Below are positions 37,945 to 48,090 of a stretch of 64,000 nt of DNA, piece by piece; positions within the stretch are counted from its first letter, which is position 1; each line of letters begins with the position of its first letter. The stretch is from Candidatus Aenigmatarchaeota archaeon (GTDB taxonomy: Archaea; Aenigmatarchaeota; Aenigmatarchaeia; CG10238-14; SCSR01). The stretch covers positions 256,001 through 320,000 of the forward strand of contig JAVZHQ010000001.1 in NCBI GenBank assembly GCA_038998335.1, written 5' to 3'. A program made the position numbers and the translations under genes. Below the pieces are notes generated by a model. The model searched no databases. It had not been told where the DNA came from and worked only from the letters and a program-made list of their open reading frames with translations.

Positions 37945-38015
37945 GTTCTCACATAATAGTTAAAATGTTATTTTAGTTTAAAAGGTTTTTAAAGTTTGCC
38001 AAACAGAAAAAATTT

Positions 38016-38324
38016 ATGAGTTATGAAGTTGAACTTGAAAAGTGCACGATTAGCTTAGGGGGTTTATTGCTAGAAGACGGTACTTACCTTAGAAAAACTA
38101 GTGTTAAAACTTACTTTAGAAATTTCTATTTAGGTGATTTTCAAGTTGAGAAAATCATTAAAAATTTGAATTCATTTTTAAGTAAAGCGCAAAAAATGAT
38201 GGAAGAAAGAAAGCAAGCAAGAATCGAAGATTTACGCTTAGCTGCAAGCTTAGGAACGATAATCAATTATTACCCAACTTTAAAAGATGAGCTCAAGAAT
38301 CTTGCTAAGAGTTACTTCGGTTAA
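38016..38324 (+). CDS. Hypothetical protein
   Basis: ATG-started 102-aa ORF filling the gap. Confidence 0.5.
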   Translation: MSYEVELEKCTISLGGLLLEDGTYLRKTSVKTYFRNFYLGDFQVEKIIKNLNSFLSKAQKMMEERKQARIEDLRLAASLGTIINYYPTLKDELKNLAKSYFG

Positions 38325-38652
38325 CTCTTCCATACTTGTCTTCTAATCTAACAATATCATCTTCAGAGAATTCTCCAATACAGACTTCAGTTATTATTGA
38401 AGGTTCGTCTATACCTATAATCCTATGCTCACATTCTTTTGGAATTACTTCGCAAGCATTACTCTTTAGAATAATTTCCTTACCTTTCTTAATAATTTTT
38501 ACAGGCTTTACAGCATGCCAAAATTCAAATCTTTTTCTATGGTATTGCAAGGAAGTGCATTCGTTAGGTAAAACTATAAGGGTTTTTATTACTACTCCAT
38601 CATCATCCAAAGAATGTAAATGGTCTACTCCCCATCTTTTAAGCTTAATCAT
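38305..38652 (-). CDS. Cupin, mannose-6-phosphate isomerase type II C-terminal-like
   Basis: RWG, SLQYHRKRFEFW, HRI, EDDIVRLEDKYGR. Confidence 0.85.
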   Translation of the reverse strand: MIKLKRWGVDHLHSLDDDGVVIKTLIVLPNECTSLQYHRKRFEFWHAVKPVKIIKKGKEIILKSNACEVIPKECEHRIIGIDEPSIITEVCIGEFSEDDIVRLEDKYGRVNRSNS

Positions 38653-38680
38653 CCAATTAATAATTCTGGTTTAAAAATAT

Positions 38681-38893
38681 TTATTTTCTAACCAAAATGT
38701 ATGCTACAAAAAGAAAACCAAAAACTAAACAAACTAACACAAAATCTACTATGGTTATAGAAGAAGGAGTTTCTGAAACAAAAAAACCTGTTGAAGAGCC
38801 TAGAACTATAAAGAAAAGAGGGAGCAAAAATAGTAAGGAAAGGATTACAAAAAATTTGGTAAAGCTAATTTCCCCGCTTTCCTTCAATTCCAT
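38681..38893 (-). CDS. Small 2-TM membrane protein
   Basis: Hydrophobic segments around STGFFV. Confidence 0.5.
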   Translation of the reverse strand: MELKESGEISFTKFFVILSLLFLLPLFFIVLGSSTGFFVSETPSSITIVDFVLVCLVFGFLFVAYILVRK

Positions 38894-38934
38894 ATTTAAA
38901 TATTGGGATGGAAGATAAAAATTCTTATTCAAGT

Positions 38935-39531
38935 TTATTTTTTAAGGTGTTTCGTATCGTTTATAACCTTAACCTTTACTTCCTTATTTTTTGTTACTTC
39001 TATTATGTTCAAGGACGCTTTATCTTGTTTTAATTTTTTAAATTCTTCTCTGGGCAATTTAGTTAAATAGAATAAAAGCTCAACTATTACCGAAGCATGA
39101 GTTACTACTAAAACAGTTTTGTTTTGATATTTTTTGACTACCTTGTTAAAGAATTTAATACTTCTATTTTGAACTTCTTGACAACTTTCTCCTTTCTCTG
39201 GCAAAAACTCATGAAATTCTTTACCACTTTCTTTTAAAGCGTTAAAGAATTCTTCTTTTGGTCTACCTTGAAAAATTCCAAAATTCCTCTCCTTAAGGAG
39301 TTCGTCAAATTTTATAGGTAGCTTATGGTATTTGTTGATTATTTCTGCTGTTTCTTTTGCTCTTTTTAACTTGCTAGAAAAAATTACATCTATTTTTTCT
39401 TTTTTAAGTCTCTTGGCAAGCTTTTCCGCTTGTTTTCTTCCGTTCTCGTTTAAACTTTCATCTATTGAACCGAGAAAAATTCCTTTTCTATTTCCTTCAG
39501 TTTCTGCATGTCTCACTAGCAAAATTCTCAT
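38935..39531 (-). CDS. Histidine phosphatase (PhoE-like)
   Basis: LVRHAET, SSKLKRA, ERNFG, VVTH. Confidence 0.92.
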   Translation of the reverse strand: MRILLVRHAETEGNRKGIFLGSIDESLNENGRKQAEKLAKRLKKEKIDVIFSSKLKRAKETAEIINKYHKLPIKFDELLKERNFGIFQGRPKEEFFNALKESGKEFHEFLPEKGESCQEVQNRSIKFFNKVVKKYQNKTVLVVTHASVIVELLFYLTKLPREEFKKLKQDKASLNIIEVTKNKEVKVKVINDTKHLKK

Positions 39532-39567
39532 TTTCTTCTGTAATTATTTTAGAAAAAAATTTAAATA

Positions 39568-39642
39568 TGCGCCAGCCGGGATTTGAACCCGGGTTACGAG
39601 CTTGGAAGGCTCGTGTCTTAGACCAGGCTGGACCACTGGCGC
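39568..39642 (-). tRNA. tRNA-Gly(TCC)
   Basis: Acceptor GCGCCAG/CTGGCGC with A73; CGAGC-CT-TCC-AA-GCTCG; GGTTCAAATCC. Confidence 0.95.
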
Positions 39643-39680
39643 TTCGTTACTTTTATAAATTATTAATTCAAGGTTTAAAT

Positions 39681-39827
39681 ATGCCTACTGAAGAAATTAT
39701 AAAAAAATCAATAAAAAAATTGAAGAAAAAATTTCCTGAGCTAGGAGAAAGTTTAGAAAGAGAGCTTATTCCTTTGAAAGGAGAAGAAATTCAACCAAGA
39801 GTTATAAAGAAAAAGAAAAGAATTTAA
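39681..39827 (+). CDS. Small basic hypothetical protein (48 aa)
   Basis: MPTEEIIKKSIKKLKKKFPELG...; ATG 39681. Confidence 0.45.
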   Translation: MPTEEIIKKSIKKLKKKFPELGESLERELIPLKGEEIQPRVIKKKKRI

Positions 39828-40168
39828 CCAATGTAAGGAGTTGGAGGAACTGGTTGAGCAGGTTTAAGCTTTGGTCTTTTTCTAAAATATTCCTTGTAGT
39901 ATTCCCAAGTTTTTCTTGCTTTTTCTCCTCTCAAAATTTTTATTATAATCATCTTTGGTCTAAAAGGTTGTTGAGAAGTTGGGTTGTAATCTATTAAAAC
40001 AATATCTCCAATTTTAAGCTCGTTTGCAATTCTTGGGTCAACTTCATAAGTTATCACATTTTCGTCCCAGGTTTCGACTAAAGCCTGAACAGAAGAATCA
40101 GAGCTTGCTATTTCTTTATCCTTTGAAGAAAATATTTCTAAGATTTTCCCAACATGGTAATAAACCAT
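39824..40168 (-). CDS. Hypothetical protein, OB-like
   Basis: Last gene of a tightly packed 4-gene operon. Confidence 0.6.
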   Translation of the reverse strand: MVYYHVGKILEIFSSKDKEIASSDSSVQALVETWDENVITYEVDPRIANELKIGDIVLIDYNPTSQQPFRPKMIIIKILRGEKARKTWEYYKEYFRKRPKLKPAQPVPPTPYIG

Positions 40169-40169
40169 T

Positions 40170-40439
40170 TTAACCTCCTGCTATCAAATATCCAACAATT
40201 ATTTCATCTGTACTTATAGGTTCGTTTTCAATATTCTTAAGTATTCTTCCTTCCTTAGTTAGCAAGACAACTTCGTTTAAAAAATCAACTTTATCCTTAT
40301 TTTTTGCCAAAAATTTTTCTCTTAATGCTTGAATAGCATCCTTATAAAAAGCATTTTCTGGTAAGTATAGTATTTCTTCTTTTTTGGTTGAACCAAAAAG
40401 TTCGTTGGCTTTGCCTATGTATCTAACTCTTAGCTTCAT
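40170..40439 (-). CDS. Ubiquitin-like SAMP/MoaD-ThiS family protein
   Basis: 89 aa; MKLRVRY start; C-terminal IAGG. Confidence 0.75.
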   Translation of the reverse strand: MKLRVRYIGKANELFGSTKKEEILYLPENAFYKDAIQALREKFLAKNKDKVDFLNEVVLLTKEGRILKNIENEPISTDEIIVGYLIAGG

Positions 40440-40933
40440 AGTTTATATCCTATCTTTCTTAGGAATTCTTTTCTTTCCTTTACATCTTCCTCTTTTTCGA
40501 TACCTCTTGGTTTTAAACCATCTATTGTGCCAATTACTCCTCTTCCTTGTTCTGTTTCTGCTATTATCACTTCTACAGGGTTTGCGGTTGCGCAAAAAAT
40601 GGAGCAAACCTCTGGAACTTCTTTTATTCTGTTCAGAACATTTATCGGGTAAGCATTCCTTATGAAAATTAGAAAAGTATGGCCGCAGCCAATTTCTAAA
40701 ATTTTTTCACTAGCAAGTTTTTCTAGTTCTTCATCGTTTCCTGAGTGCCTTACCAAGCATTTTCCTGAAGATTCGCAAAATGCTAAACCAAACTTTATGT
40801 TTGGAACAGAATTGACTAAAGCTTCGTACAAGTCTTCAACAGTCTTTATAAAATGAGATTGACCAAGAATTAAATTACAGTTTTCTGGTGCTTGAAGTTT
40901 AACTATTTTGAATTCCATAATATTCATTTTCAA
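40436..40933 (-). CDS. Adenosine-specific kinase family (DUF355)
   Basis: [37 protein letters not shown]. Confidence 0.9.
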   Translation of the reverse strand: MKMNIMEFKIVKLQAPENCNLILGQSHFIKTVEDLYEALVNSVPNIKFGLAFCESSGKCLVRHSGNDEELEKLASEKILEIGCGHTFLIFIRNAYPINVLNRIKEVPEVCSIFCATANPVEVIIAETEQGRGVIGTIDGLKPRGIEKEEDVKERKEFLRKIGYKL

Positions 40934-40941
40934 ATCAAGAT

Positions 40942-41718
40942 TTAAATTTTATTCTTCAGAAAAGAATAAAGGTGTGACTTAAACTTAAGTTTTTTATCTT
41001 CTTTCCTTGAAATTTTCCCTTGAGTCAAAAGCTCAAACATTCTTTGAGCGTTTTCTAGCATTGCATGATTATTGTTGAAAGCGACAAAAACTTTTTCTGG
41101 TTTTAAACTCAAAATTTTTTCCTTCACTTCTTCCAATTCTTTATCAGTATAGTAATGTGAGTACCAGGCAGTTCTTCCATGCATTCTTTGGTAAACTATA
41201 TTGTTGGAAGAATAAACTTCAAGAGGGAAGTCTGGCGAATCAACACTTACCCAAGTGATTTTAAGCTTTCTTGCCCATTCTATCCATTCTTCCTTAAACC
41301 AATCTAAATTTCTAACCTCCAAGGCAAACCTTTCTTTCAAGCTAGTCTTTCTTATGAATTCTTCAAGCTTGGAAGAAAACTTAGGAGTAAGGGTTGGTGG
41401 TAGTTGGAATAAATAGAATTCTATGTTTTTTTCTAAAGGTTTAAACAACTCTTCAAACCTTTTCCAGAGCTCAAAAGCTTTTTCGTTGAACTTAAAAGTA
41501 TGCGTAACAGCTTTGTTAACCTTTATAGCCCATCTTAGTTCAGGTTTTATCTCTAAAGTTTTCTTGGTCCAGGACTTTACTTGATTAGGAAAGGGGAAGC
41601 GATAAAAGCTTGCGTTCAATTCGATTGCGTTTAAGTTAGAGTTTTTAATATACCAATCAAAGCTAAGATCAGGGTTCCAATCGTAAAACCAGCCTGATGT
41701 TCCAACAAGGACCTCCAT
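40942..41718 (-). CDS. DUF72 (YecE-like) protein
   Basis: [31 protein letters not shown]. Confidence 0.92.
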   Translation of the reverse strand: MEVLVGTSGWFYDWNPDLSFDWYIKNSNLNAIELNASFYRFPFPNQVKSWTKKTLEIKPELRWAIKVNKAVTHTFKFNEKAFELWKRFEELFKPLEKNIEFYLFQLPPTLTPKFSSKLEEFIRKTSLKERFALEVRNLDWFKEEWIEWARKLKITWVSVDSPDFPLEVYSSNNIVYQRMHGRTAWYSHYYTDKELEEVKEKILSLKPEKVFVAFNNNHAMLENAQRMFELLTQGKISRKEDKKLKFKSHLYSFLKNKI

Positions 41719-41770
41719 ACTATTCTTTTTTGTTTTTAAGTTTTTAATTTCTGGTTCCCTATATTATTTT

Positions 41771-42559
41771 GTGAGCATTTTACCTCAGTTTCAGTTGTTA
41801 GAAGGAAAGTTATACCAAAAGAATTTGGACATAGAAAAAGAATGGGCTAAACAAGAACAGGAATTCGCTTTTCCAAGTATAAAATTTCCTAAAATAAAAA
41901 TATCAGACAAACTAAAAGCGATGATAGGGGTTTCGGCAGGGGTACCTCTAACTCTTACATTTCTTGAGCATGTAGCAGCGCTTTTTAACGTTGATGTTAG
42001 CTCTTTACCTTGGCAAATGGTAGTAACTTCTCTCATGTTTGGTCTTTCTTATAAGATAACTAAAAAATACATAAAAAATGAGAAGAGTTTGCCTATTCAT
42101 TTCCTCGGAAATGTGGCAGTAGTTCCTTCGGTCTTTGATGGAAGTTCTTACGCATTGTTTTACTTAAAAAATAATGGGAATGCAGGAAGAAGAGGTGAAT
42201 GGATTGAATCAGTTTACCCCAGCGCCATTTCGAAATTTTTAGCATCTCCTGTGTACAAAAACTTTCTTTTGATTGATGCGCTCGCTCTTTCTGTTTACAC
42301 AACTTATTCAAGCCTTCAGTTTTTGGATAAAAAATTCAAAATAGTAAGGAGAATGAAAGAAAAAATAATTGATCTTTACTCTAAAGTTTATGAGAGAGTA
42401 AACAGAGTTTATCAGACCTCTCCTTTGCACAAGCACTTGGTAAGAGGGGCTTTGTCTGTACCTCTTGTTGCTTCTGGAAATTACTGGATAACCCTGGCAC
42501 CTATCGTAGGAATTGCTATGGCTGAAGGAATGAGTCAGCTTAAAAATCTTTTAAGATGA
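41771..42559 (+). CDS. Hypothetical membrane protein
   Basis: 262-aa ORF with several hydrophobic segments. Confidence 0.5.
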   Translation: MSILPQFQLLEGKLYQKNLDIEKEWAKQEQEFAFPSIKFPKIKISDKLKAMIGVSAGVPLTLTFLEHVAALFNVDVSSLPWQMVVTSLMFGLSYKITKKYIKNEKSLPIHFLGNVAVVPSVFDGSSYALFYLKNNGNAGRRGEWIESVYPSAISKFLASPVYKNFLLIDALALSVYTTYSSLQFLDKKFKIVRRMKEKIIDLYSKVYERVNRVYQTSPLHKHLVRGALSVPLVASGNYWITLAPIVGIAMAEGMSQLKNLLR

Positions 42560-43398
42560 TTTGCCTTATTAAAACCTTTAATCAACTCATCCGTGTCCTG
42601 GCCTAAGTTTTTTCCTATGTAACCTCCTTCAAGAACGAAAAAAGTTGGTTTTTTAATTTTACCTATAATTTTTCCTATTTCTCTATAACAGCCTGTACTT
42701 AGACCTAAGGAAGCTAAATCACCTTTATGAGCATCAAAGCCTGCAGAAACTGCTACAACTTCTATTCTACTTAAATCGACTTTTTCTATAGCTTTTCTCA
42801 AAGTTCTCAAGTAAGTTTTGTCCCCACATTCTGCACTTAAAGGAAAGTTTAAACAGTTTTTTTCAGATTTATAACCTGTTCCTGGATAGAAAGGAAAACG
42901 ATGTAAAGATATAAAAGTAACTTTTTCATCACCAAGAAAAATTTCTTGCGTGCCATTACCATGATGTCCGTCTATATCTATAATCAGCGTGTTCAAATCC
43001 ATTTTTTTAACAGCTATAGCTACGTTGTTAAAATAACAAAAACCTCTTGTTGAAGCATTCAAAGCTATTCCGTTTTTTCCTGCATGATGTCCAGGAGGAC
43101 GCATAAGAGAAAAGCCGTTAATTTCAGCAGCAAGTATTGCTCCTCCTGCAGAAAGTCTTGCATATTCATAAATGTTTGGATAAGCAGGAGTGTCTGGGTC
43201 TTCTATTTCTCCTTTCCTAACTTTTTCAACATAACTTTTTGTATGAACTCTGAGCAAGTCTTTAAGAGAAGCAGGTTTGGACTCTAAGAACTCATAACCT
43301 TTGCTTTTAAGAATGTTGTAAGCTATTATAATTCTTTCAGGGTTTTCAAGATGATATTCCCCATATTCTAAACATTTCCTTGAAAACACTATTTCCAT
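42535..43398 (-). CDS. Histone deacetylase-family protein
   Basis: RPPGHHA, GFCYFNN, DIDGHHGNGTQ, SAGFD, LEGGY. Confidence 0.95.
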   Translation of the reverse strand: MEIVFSRKCLEYGEYHLENPERIIIAYNILKSKGYEFLESKPASLKDLLRVHTKSYVEKVRKGEIEDPDTPAYPNIYEYARLSAGGAILAAEINGFSLMRPPGHHAGKNGIALNASTRGFCYFNNVAIAVKKMDLNTLIIDIDGHHGNGTQEIFLGDEKVTFISLHRFPFYPGTGYKSEKNCLNFPLSAECGDKTYLRTLRKAIEKVDLSRIEVVAVSAGFDAHKGDLASLGLSTGCYREIGKIIGKIKKPTFFVLEGGYIGKNLGQDTDELIKGFNKANHLKRFLS

Positions 43399-43457
43399 AC
43401 AACCAATTTTATTCTCAAATTTTTTCTATTTAAAGCTAAAATACCGATTTTTTAATA

Positions 43458-43694
43458 ATGTATAAAATAAGGATTTACAAGGTTTCTAAAGAAAAGTTAA
43501 AAGGAGCTTTAGGAAGAGCTTTTCCTTTTGAAGGAATAATTGAAATAGCCTCAGAGCTTTATGGTTATAAAGAAAAAGAAGTTTTGGAGCATGAGTTAAT
43601 GCATATAAAATACCCTTTTCTTTCTGAGTATGAGATAAGAAAAAAGACAAAACTTAAACTTCTTTCCTTAGGAATAATTCCATCCTTCCATTAA
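43458..43694 (+). CDS. Small HExxH minimal metallopeptidase-like protein
   Basis: GALGRA...VLEHELMHIKYP. Confidence 0.6.
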   Translation: MYKIRIYKVSKEKLKGALGRAFPFEGIIEIASELYGYKEKEVLEHELMHIKYPFLSEYEIRKKTKLKLLSLGIIPSFH

Positions 43695-44188
43695 GCTAAT
43701 TCTATTTTTCTTCTTATCCAGTAAGTTTCTTCCTCGCTTCTTTCCTCTTTTTCTTCTTTGAGCTCTTTTTCTTCTTCAGGTTTTTCTTCTTGAGGAGCAA
43801 ACTCTCTTATTCTGTTTGCTATGTTTTTTATTTCTTCCTCGCTCATAGCTATTGGTTGAGCCTCAATTAAAGGCATTTCTTTTTCAAAAATTGGATAGAT
43901 TCTTACGTGAAAGTGAGGAACTATTTCTGAGTTTATAACAGAAAAACTTATTTGTCTTGGTCTCAAACTTTTTCTAATCATTTCTGCAACTTTAAGAGCA
44001 GAATTAAAAACTTTTATTGAAACTTCAATATTTTCATCAAAATTTTGATAATGTTGCTTAGGAATAACTATGCTCATCCCTACACTTCTTGGGTTAATGT
44101 CTAGAAAAGAAAGAGTAGCTTCATCTTCGTAAATTATATTGGCAGGGATTGCTTTTTTAGCTATGTTACAAAAAACACATTTTTCCAT
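43691..44188 (-). CDS. HIT-family protein with degenerate motif
   Basis: CVFCNI, FLDINP, VPHFHVRIYP. Confidence 0.85.
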   Translation of the reverse strand: MEKCVFCNIAKKAIPANIIYEDEATLSFLDINPRSVGMSIVIPKQHYQNFDENIEVSIKVFNSALKVAEMIRKSLRPRQISFSVINSEIVPHFHVRIYPIFEKEMPLIEAQPIAMSEEEIKNIANRIREFAPQEEKPEEEKELKEEKEERSEEETYWIRRKIELA

Positions 44189-44292
44189 AGTTTTAAATTC
44201 ATCTTTCGAGTTATAAATTTATTGTTTCCGATTAAACTTTTATTTATTTGCATATAAACATTATAAATCAAAAAATTTAGTAGGGAGAAAAA

Positions 44293-45270
44293 ATGGTTAA
44301 AGAAAGCAAGCCTAGAAGCGGAAGTCTAGCCTTTTATCCAAGAAAAAGAGCTAGAAGAATTTATCCTAGGATTAAGACTTACCCTGAATCTGAGAAAGCT
44401 AAGATTCTTGCTTTTGCAGGTTATAAGGCTGGAATGGCTCAGGCTATTGTTGTGGATAATAGAAAAGGCTCGCCAACTTTCGGTCAGGAAATTTCTGTTC
44501 CTGTAACCATAATAGATTGCCCACCTCTTAAAGTTGTAGGAATAAGAGCCTACAAAAAAACACCAAAAGGTTTGAAAGTATTAACAGAAGCTTGGGCAAA
44601 AGATTTGCCGAAGGATTTAGAAAGGAAGTTAAAAGTTAAACCAAAGGAAGAAAACTTGAAAAAAATTGAGGAAAATCTGGAGAAGATTTCCAAGATAAGG
44701 TTAATAGTTTGTACTCAACCAAGACTTTCTGGAATAAAAAAGAAAAAACCTGAAATTTTTGAAGTAGAAGTTGGTGGGAAAGAGATAAAGGAAAAGTTTG
44801 AGTTTGCTAAAAGTTTGTTTGGAAAAGAAGTAAGCGTGAAGGATTTTGTTAGAGAAGGTGAACTTGTTGATGTTATAGCAGTTACAAAAGGGAAAGGTTT
44901 TGCAGGCCCAGTAAAAAGGTTTGGAGTTAAGATTCAAGTTAGGCATGCAAAAAAGAAGTTGAGACATGTTGGAACCTTAGGTTCGCAAGTTCCAAGAAGA
45001 GTTTTGTACACTGTGCCACAAGCAGGTCAGTTAGGTTTTCAAACAAGGACTGAACTAAACAAAAGAGTTCTTAAAATAGGCGAAAGTGGAAAAGAAGTAA
45101 ACCCAAAAGGAGGATTTATAAGGTATGGAATGATAAGTTCAAACTATCTTGTTGTCCAAGGTTCTGTTCCAGGACCTAAAAAAAGATTGATAATGCTTAG
45201 GCATGCTATCAGGCCTGGAAAGGTTAAGTTCTTACCTATGGAGATAAAGGAAATAGTAACGAGTGGTTGA
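44293..45270 (+). CDS. rpl3: 50S ribosomal protein uL3
   Basis: PRSGSLAFYPRKRA, GYKAGM, TKGKGFAG. Confidence 0.97.
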   Translation: MVKESKPRSGSLAFYPRKRARRIYPRIKTYPESEKAKILAFAGYKAGMAQAIVVDNRKGSPTFGQEISVPVTIIDCPPLKVVGIRAYKKTPKGLKVLTEAWAKDLPKDLERKLKVKPKEENLKKIEENLEKISKIRLIVCTQPRLSGIKKKKPEIFEVEVGGKEIKEKFEFAKSLFGKEVSVKDFVREGELVDVIAVTKGKGFAGPVKRFGVKIQVRHAKKKLRHVGTLGSQVPRRVLYTVPQAGQLGFQTRTELNKRVLKIGESGKEVNPKGGFIRYGMISSNYLVVQGSVPGPKKRLIMLRHAIRPGKVKFLPMEIKEIVTSG

Positions 45271-45271
45271 A

Positions 45272-45622
45272 ATGGACAAGATAGAAGAATTAACAAGAAA
45301 AATTGTTGAATTTAGGGATAAGAGAGACTGGAAGAAATTTCACAATTTTAAAGATTTAGCTATAGACATTTCTATAGAGGCTGCAGAACTTCTGGAAATA
45401 TTTCTATGGAAAAAAGAAAACGAACTAGAAAAAGTTGTGAGGGAAAAAAGAAAAGAAATAAAGGAAGAATTAGCAGATGTTTTTATAACATCCTTACTTT
45501 TGGCTCATGATTTAGGTCTTGATGTTTATGAAATAGTGAAAGAAAAAATCGAGAAAAATGAGAAAAAGTATCCAGTAGAAAAATTTAAAGGTATAGCTAA
45601 AAAATACAGTGAAGTGAGATGA
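45272..45622 (+). CDS. MazG-like nucleotide pyrophosphohydrolase inserted between rpl3 and rpl4
   Basis: FRDKRDWKKFH, EAAELLE, EELADV, KNEKKYP. Confidence 0.9.
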   Translation: MDKIEELTRKIVEFRDKRDWKKFHNFKDLAIDISIEAAELLEIFLWKKENELEKVVREKRKEIKEELADVFITSLLLAHDLGLDVYEIVKEKIEKNEKKYPVEKFKGIAKKYSEVR

Positions 45623-46416
45623 TGAAAGCAAATGTTTTTGATTTGCAAGGAAATGTTTTAGAAAAAATAGAATTACCAAAAGTTTTTGAAGAAAAAGTAA
45701 GGGAAGACCTTATCTTAAGGGCTTTTTTAGCTACTATTAGCAAGAAAAGGCAGCCTTATGGAACGGATAAGATGGCAGGAAAAAGAAGTTCGGCACATTA
45801 TCATGGAGTAAGAAGAGAAAGATGGACGATGATGAATCGTGAGATGGCAAGAATGCCACGCTTGCACGGAAAAATTTCTCCTCATCTAATGTGGCGTGCA
45901 AGAGTTGTACCACAAGCTGTTAAAGGAAGAGAAGCTCATCCTCCAAAGATTGAAAAAGTATGGGAACAAAAGATAAACAAGAAGGAAAGAAGGAAAGCTA
46001 TTCGCTCAGCAATAGCGGCTACTTCTATAAAAGATTTTGTTTTGAAAAGGGGGCATAAGGCTGAAAAGATAGAACTACCGATAGTAGTTGAAGATAAAAT
46101 TCAAGAAATTAAGAAAAGTAAAGAACTTGAGGAATTCTTAATAAAAATTGGGCTGGAAGAAGAACTGGAAAGAATAAAAAAGAAAAAAGTAAGAGCAGGA
46201 AAAGGTAAAATGAGGGGAAGAAGATATAAGAGAAAAGTAGGGCCTTTGATAGTTATAACAGAAGATAAAGGAATTGGAAAAGCTGCAAGGAATTTACCCG
46301 GAGTAGATGTATGCAGGGTTGAAAATTTGTCCGTTGAAATGCTCGCTCCAGGAGCAAAAGCAGGAAGATTAACCATATGGAGTAAATCTGCTGTAGAAAA
46401 ATTGGTGAGTAAATGA
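45619..46416 (+). CDS. rpl4: 50S ribosomal protein uL4
   Basis: VPQAVKGREAHPP, RAGKGKMRGRRY, LAPG...GRLTIW. Confidence 0.97.
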   Translation: MMKANVFDLQGNVLEKIELPKVFEEKVREDLILRAFLATISKKRQPYGTDKMAGKRSSAHYHGVRRERWTMMNREMARMPRLHGKISPHLMWRARVVPQAVKGREAHPPKIEKVWEQKINKKERRKAIRSAIAATSIKDFVLKRGHKAEKIELPIVVEDKIQEIKKSKELEEFLIKIGLEEELERIKKKKVRAGKGKMRGRRYKRKVGPLIVITEDKGIGKAARNLPGVDVCRVENLSVEMLAPGAKAGRLTIWSKSAVEKLVSK

Positions 46417-46706
46417 GCAAATACAAAAAGCGGATAATATCAAAGGAAATTATTGATAAGGAATTTGAAGAGCAACAAAGATGTTACATTTTTCGAGATG
46501 AAATAATCAGTAAGTACGCAGGTAACGATAAAAAGATGAAGCATCAAGTAAGGGCAGATTTGAGAAAATTGGTCAACTCAGGTTATTTAGTACTTCTTCA
46601 TTTATTTAATGAGTATTATGGTTCTGTTAAGATTTATGTTAAAAGTGAAAATAAAGAAGAACTACTTAAAATTTGGAAGAAAGACGGATGGAGAATGGTG
46701 AATTAA
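46413..46706 (+). CDS. Hypothetical protein (wHTH-like) inserted between rpl4 and rpl23
   Basis: ATGA overlap with rpl4, TAA-ATG junction with rpl23; VRADLRKLVNSGYL. Confidence 0.6.
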   Translation: MSKYKKRIISKEIIDKEFEEQQRCYIFRDEIISKYAGNDKKMKHQVRADLRKLVNSGYLVLLHLFNEYYGSVKIYVKSENKEELLKIWKKDGWRMVN

Positions 46707-46967
46707 ATGGACCCTTATAAGATTTTACGCTACCCTTATTTAACAGAAAAATCAATTAGCTTGGTTGAAAAAGAAAATAAAATTGTTTTTGTAGTAGATA
46801 GAAAAGCTACAAAAAAGCAAATAAAAGAGGCTTTTGAAAAACTTTTCGAGGTAAAGGTGGAAAAAGTAAACACAGAAATAACTTTGAAAGGCGAGAAAAA
46901 AGCTTATATAAAATTGAAGCCTGAGTATAAAGCTATAGATGTTGCTATGAAGCTAGGAATGGTTTAA
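46707..46967 (+). CDS. rpl23: 50S ribosomal protein uL23
   Basis: [22 protein letters not shown]. Confidence 0.95.
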   Translation: MDPYKILRYPYLTEKSISLVEKENKIVFVVDRKATKKQIKEAFEKLFEVKVEKVNTEITLKGEKKAYIKLKPEYKAIDVAMKLGMV

Positions 46968-46976
46968 GGTGTTTTT

Positions 46977-47681
46977 ATGGGAAAAAGAATAATAGCAAGA
47001 GCAAGAGGAAAAGGTGGCCCAAGGTATAAAGTGCCAAGTCACAGATATTTAGGTAGAGTAAGTTATGCTCCTGTTACTGGAATTTCTGGAAAAGTTTTAG
47101 ATATAGTTCATGACCCTGCTCGTTCAGCTCCTGTAGCAATAGTAAAACTTGAAAACGGAAAAGAAATTTTGCACATTGCCCCAGAGGGTTTAAGAGCAGG
47201 AGATTTGATAGTTTATGATGGTGAGCCAAAAGTTGGTAATGTTTTACCTTTGGAAAAGATTCCTGAAGGAACAAAGATTTGCTGCATAGAAACTTTTCCT
47301 GGTTCTGGACCTAAACTTTGTAGAAGCTCAGGAAGTTTTTCTATTGTTGTAGGAAAAACAAAAGATAGAGTTAAACTTCAGTTTCCTTCTGGAAAAATAA
47401 TAGAGCTTGATAAGGATTGTAGAGCAATGATAGGAGTGCCAGCAGGAGGGGGAAGAATAGAAAAACCTTTTGTTAAAGCGGGAAAAAAGTTTTATGCCAT
47501 GAAAGCAAGAGGAAAATTATGGCCAAGAGTTAAAGGTGTAGTTATGGCACCTGTCGACCATCCTTATGGAGGAAAGAGCCATAGACCAAGACCAAGTAAA
47601 ACTGTCTCAAGACATGCTCCTCCAGGAGCAAAAGTTGGGAGCATTGCCGCAAGAAGAACTGGAAAGAAAAAGGGGAGCTAA
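46977..47681 (+). CDS. rpl2: 50S ribosomal protein uL2
   Basis: MGKRI, HDPARSAP, DHPYGG, PPGAKVG. Confidence 0.97.
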   Translation: MGKRIIARARGKGGPRYKVPSHRYLGRVSYAPVTGISGKVLDIVHDPARSAPVAIVKLENGKEILHIAPEGLRAGDLIVYDGEPKVGNVLPLEKIPEGTKICCIETFPGSGPKLCRSSGSFSIVVGKTKDRVKLQFPSGKIIELDKDCRAMIGVPAGGGRIEKPFVKAGKKFYAMKARGKLWPRVKGVVMAPVDHPYGGKSHRPRPSKTVSRHAPPGAKVGSIAARRTGKKKGS

Positions 47682-48086
47682 ATGGCAAAAGTTTTTACTT
47701 ATCGAGGCTATACCTTGGAAGAACTTAAAAAAATGAGCATAAATGAGTTTGCAAAACTTTTAACTTCTAGAGAAAGAAGAAGCTTGTTAAGAGGTTTGAC
47801 AGAAAGACAGAAAAAATTGTTAGAAGAAATAAGAAAAAATCCTGAAAAGTTTCATAAAACACATGAAAGGGATATGATTATTTTGCCTGAAATGGTTGGC
47901 GCAAAAATTGGAGTTTATATTGGCGGTACAAAAAAAGGAGAAAGTGGGAAGTGGGCATCAATAGTTATTACTCCTGAAATGATTGGTCATAGGCTTGGGG
48001 AATTCGCTATAACTTGTAAAAGAGTTAAGCATTCGGCTCCCGGAGTAGGAGCAACTCGTGGTTCAAAGCATGTAGCAATAAAGTGA
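47682..48086 (+). CDS. rps19: 30S ribosomal protein uS19
   Basis: [23 protein letters not shown]. Confidence 0.95.
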   Translation: MAKVFTYRGYTLEELKKMSINEFAKLLTSRERRSLLRGLTERQKKLLEEIRKNPEKFHKTHERDMIILPEMVGAKIGVYIGGTKKGESGKWASIVITPEMIGHRLGEFAITCKRVKHSAPGVGATRGSKHVAIK

Positions 48087-48090
48087 TAGT

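Noticed and set aside
39465-39680. 5' part of tracked ORF 39465..39827
   Set aside because: It runs antisense through tRNA-Gly. Only the part from ATG 39681 is plausible.
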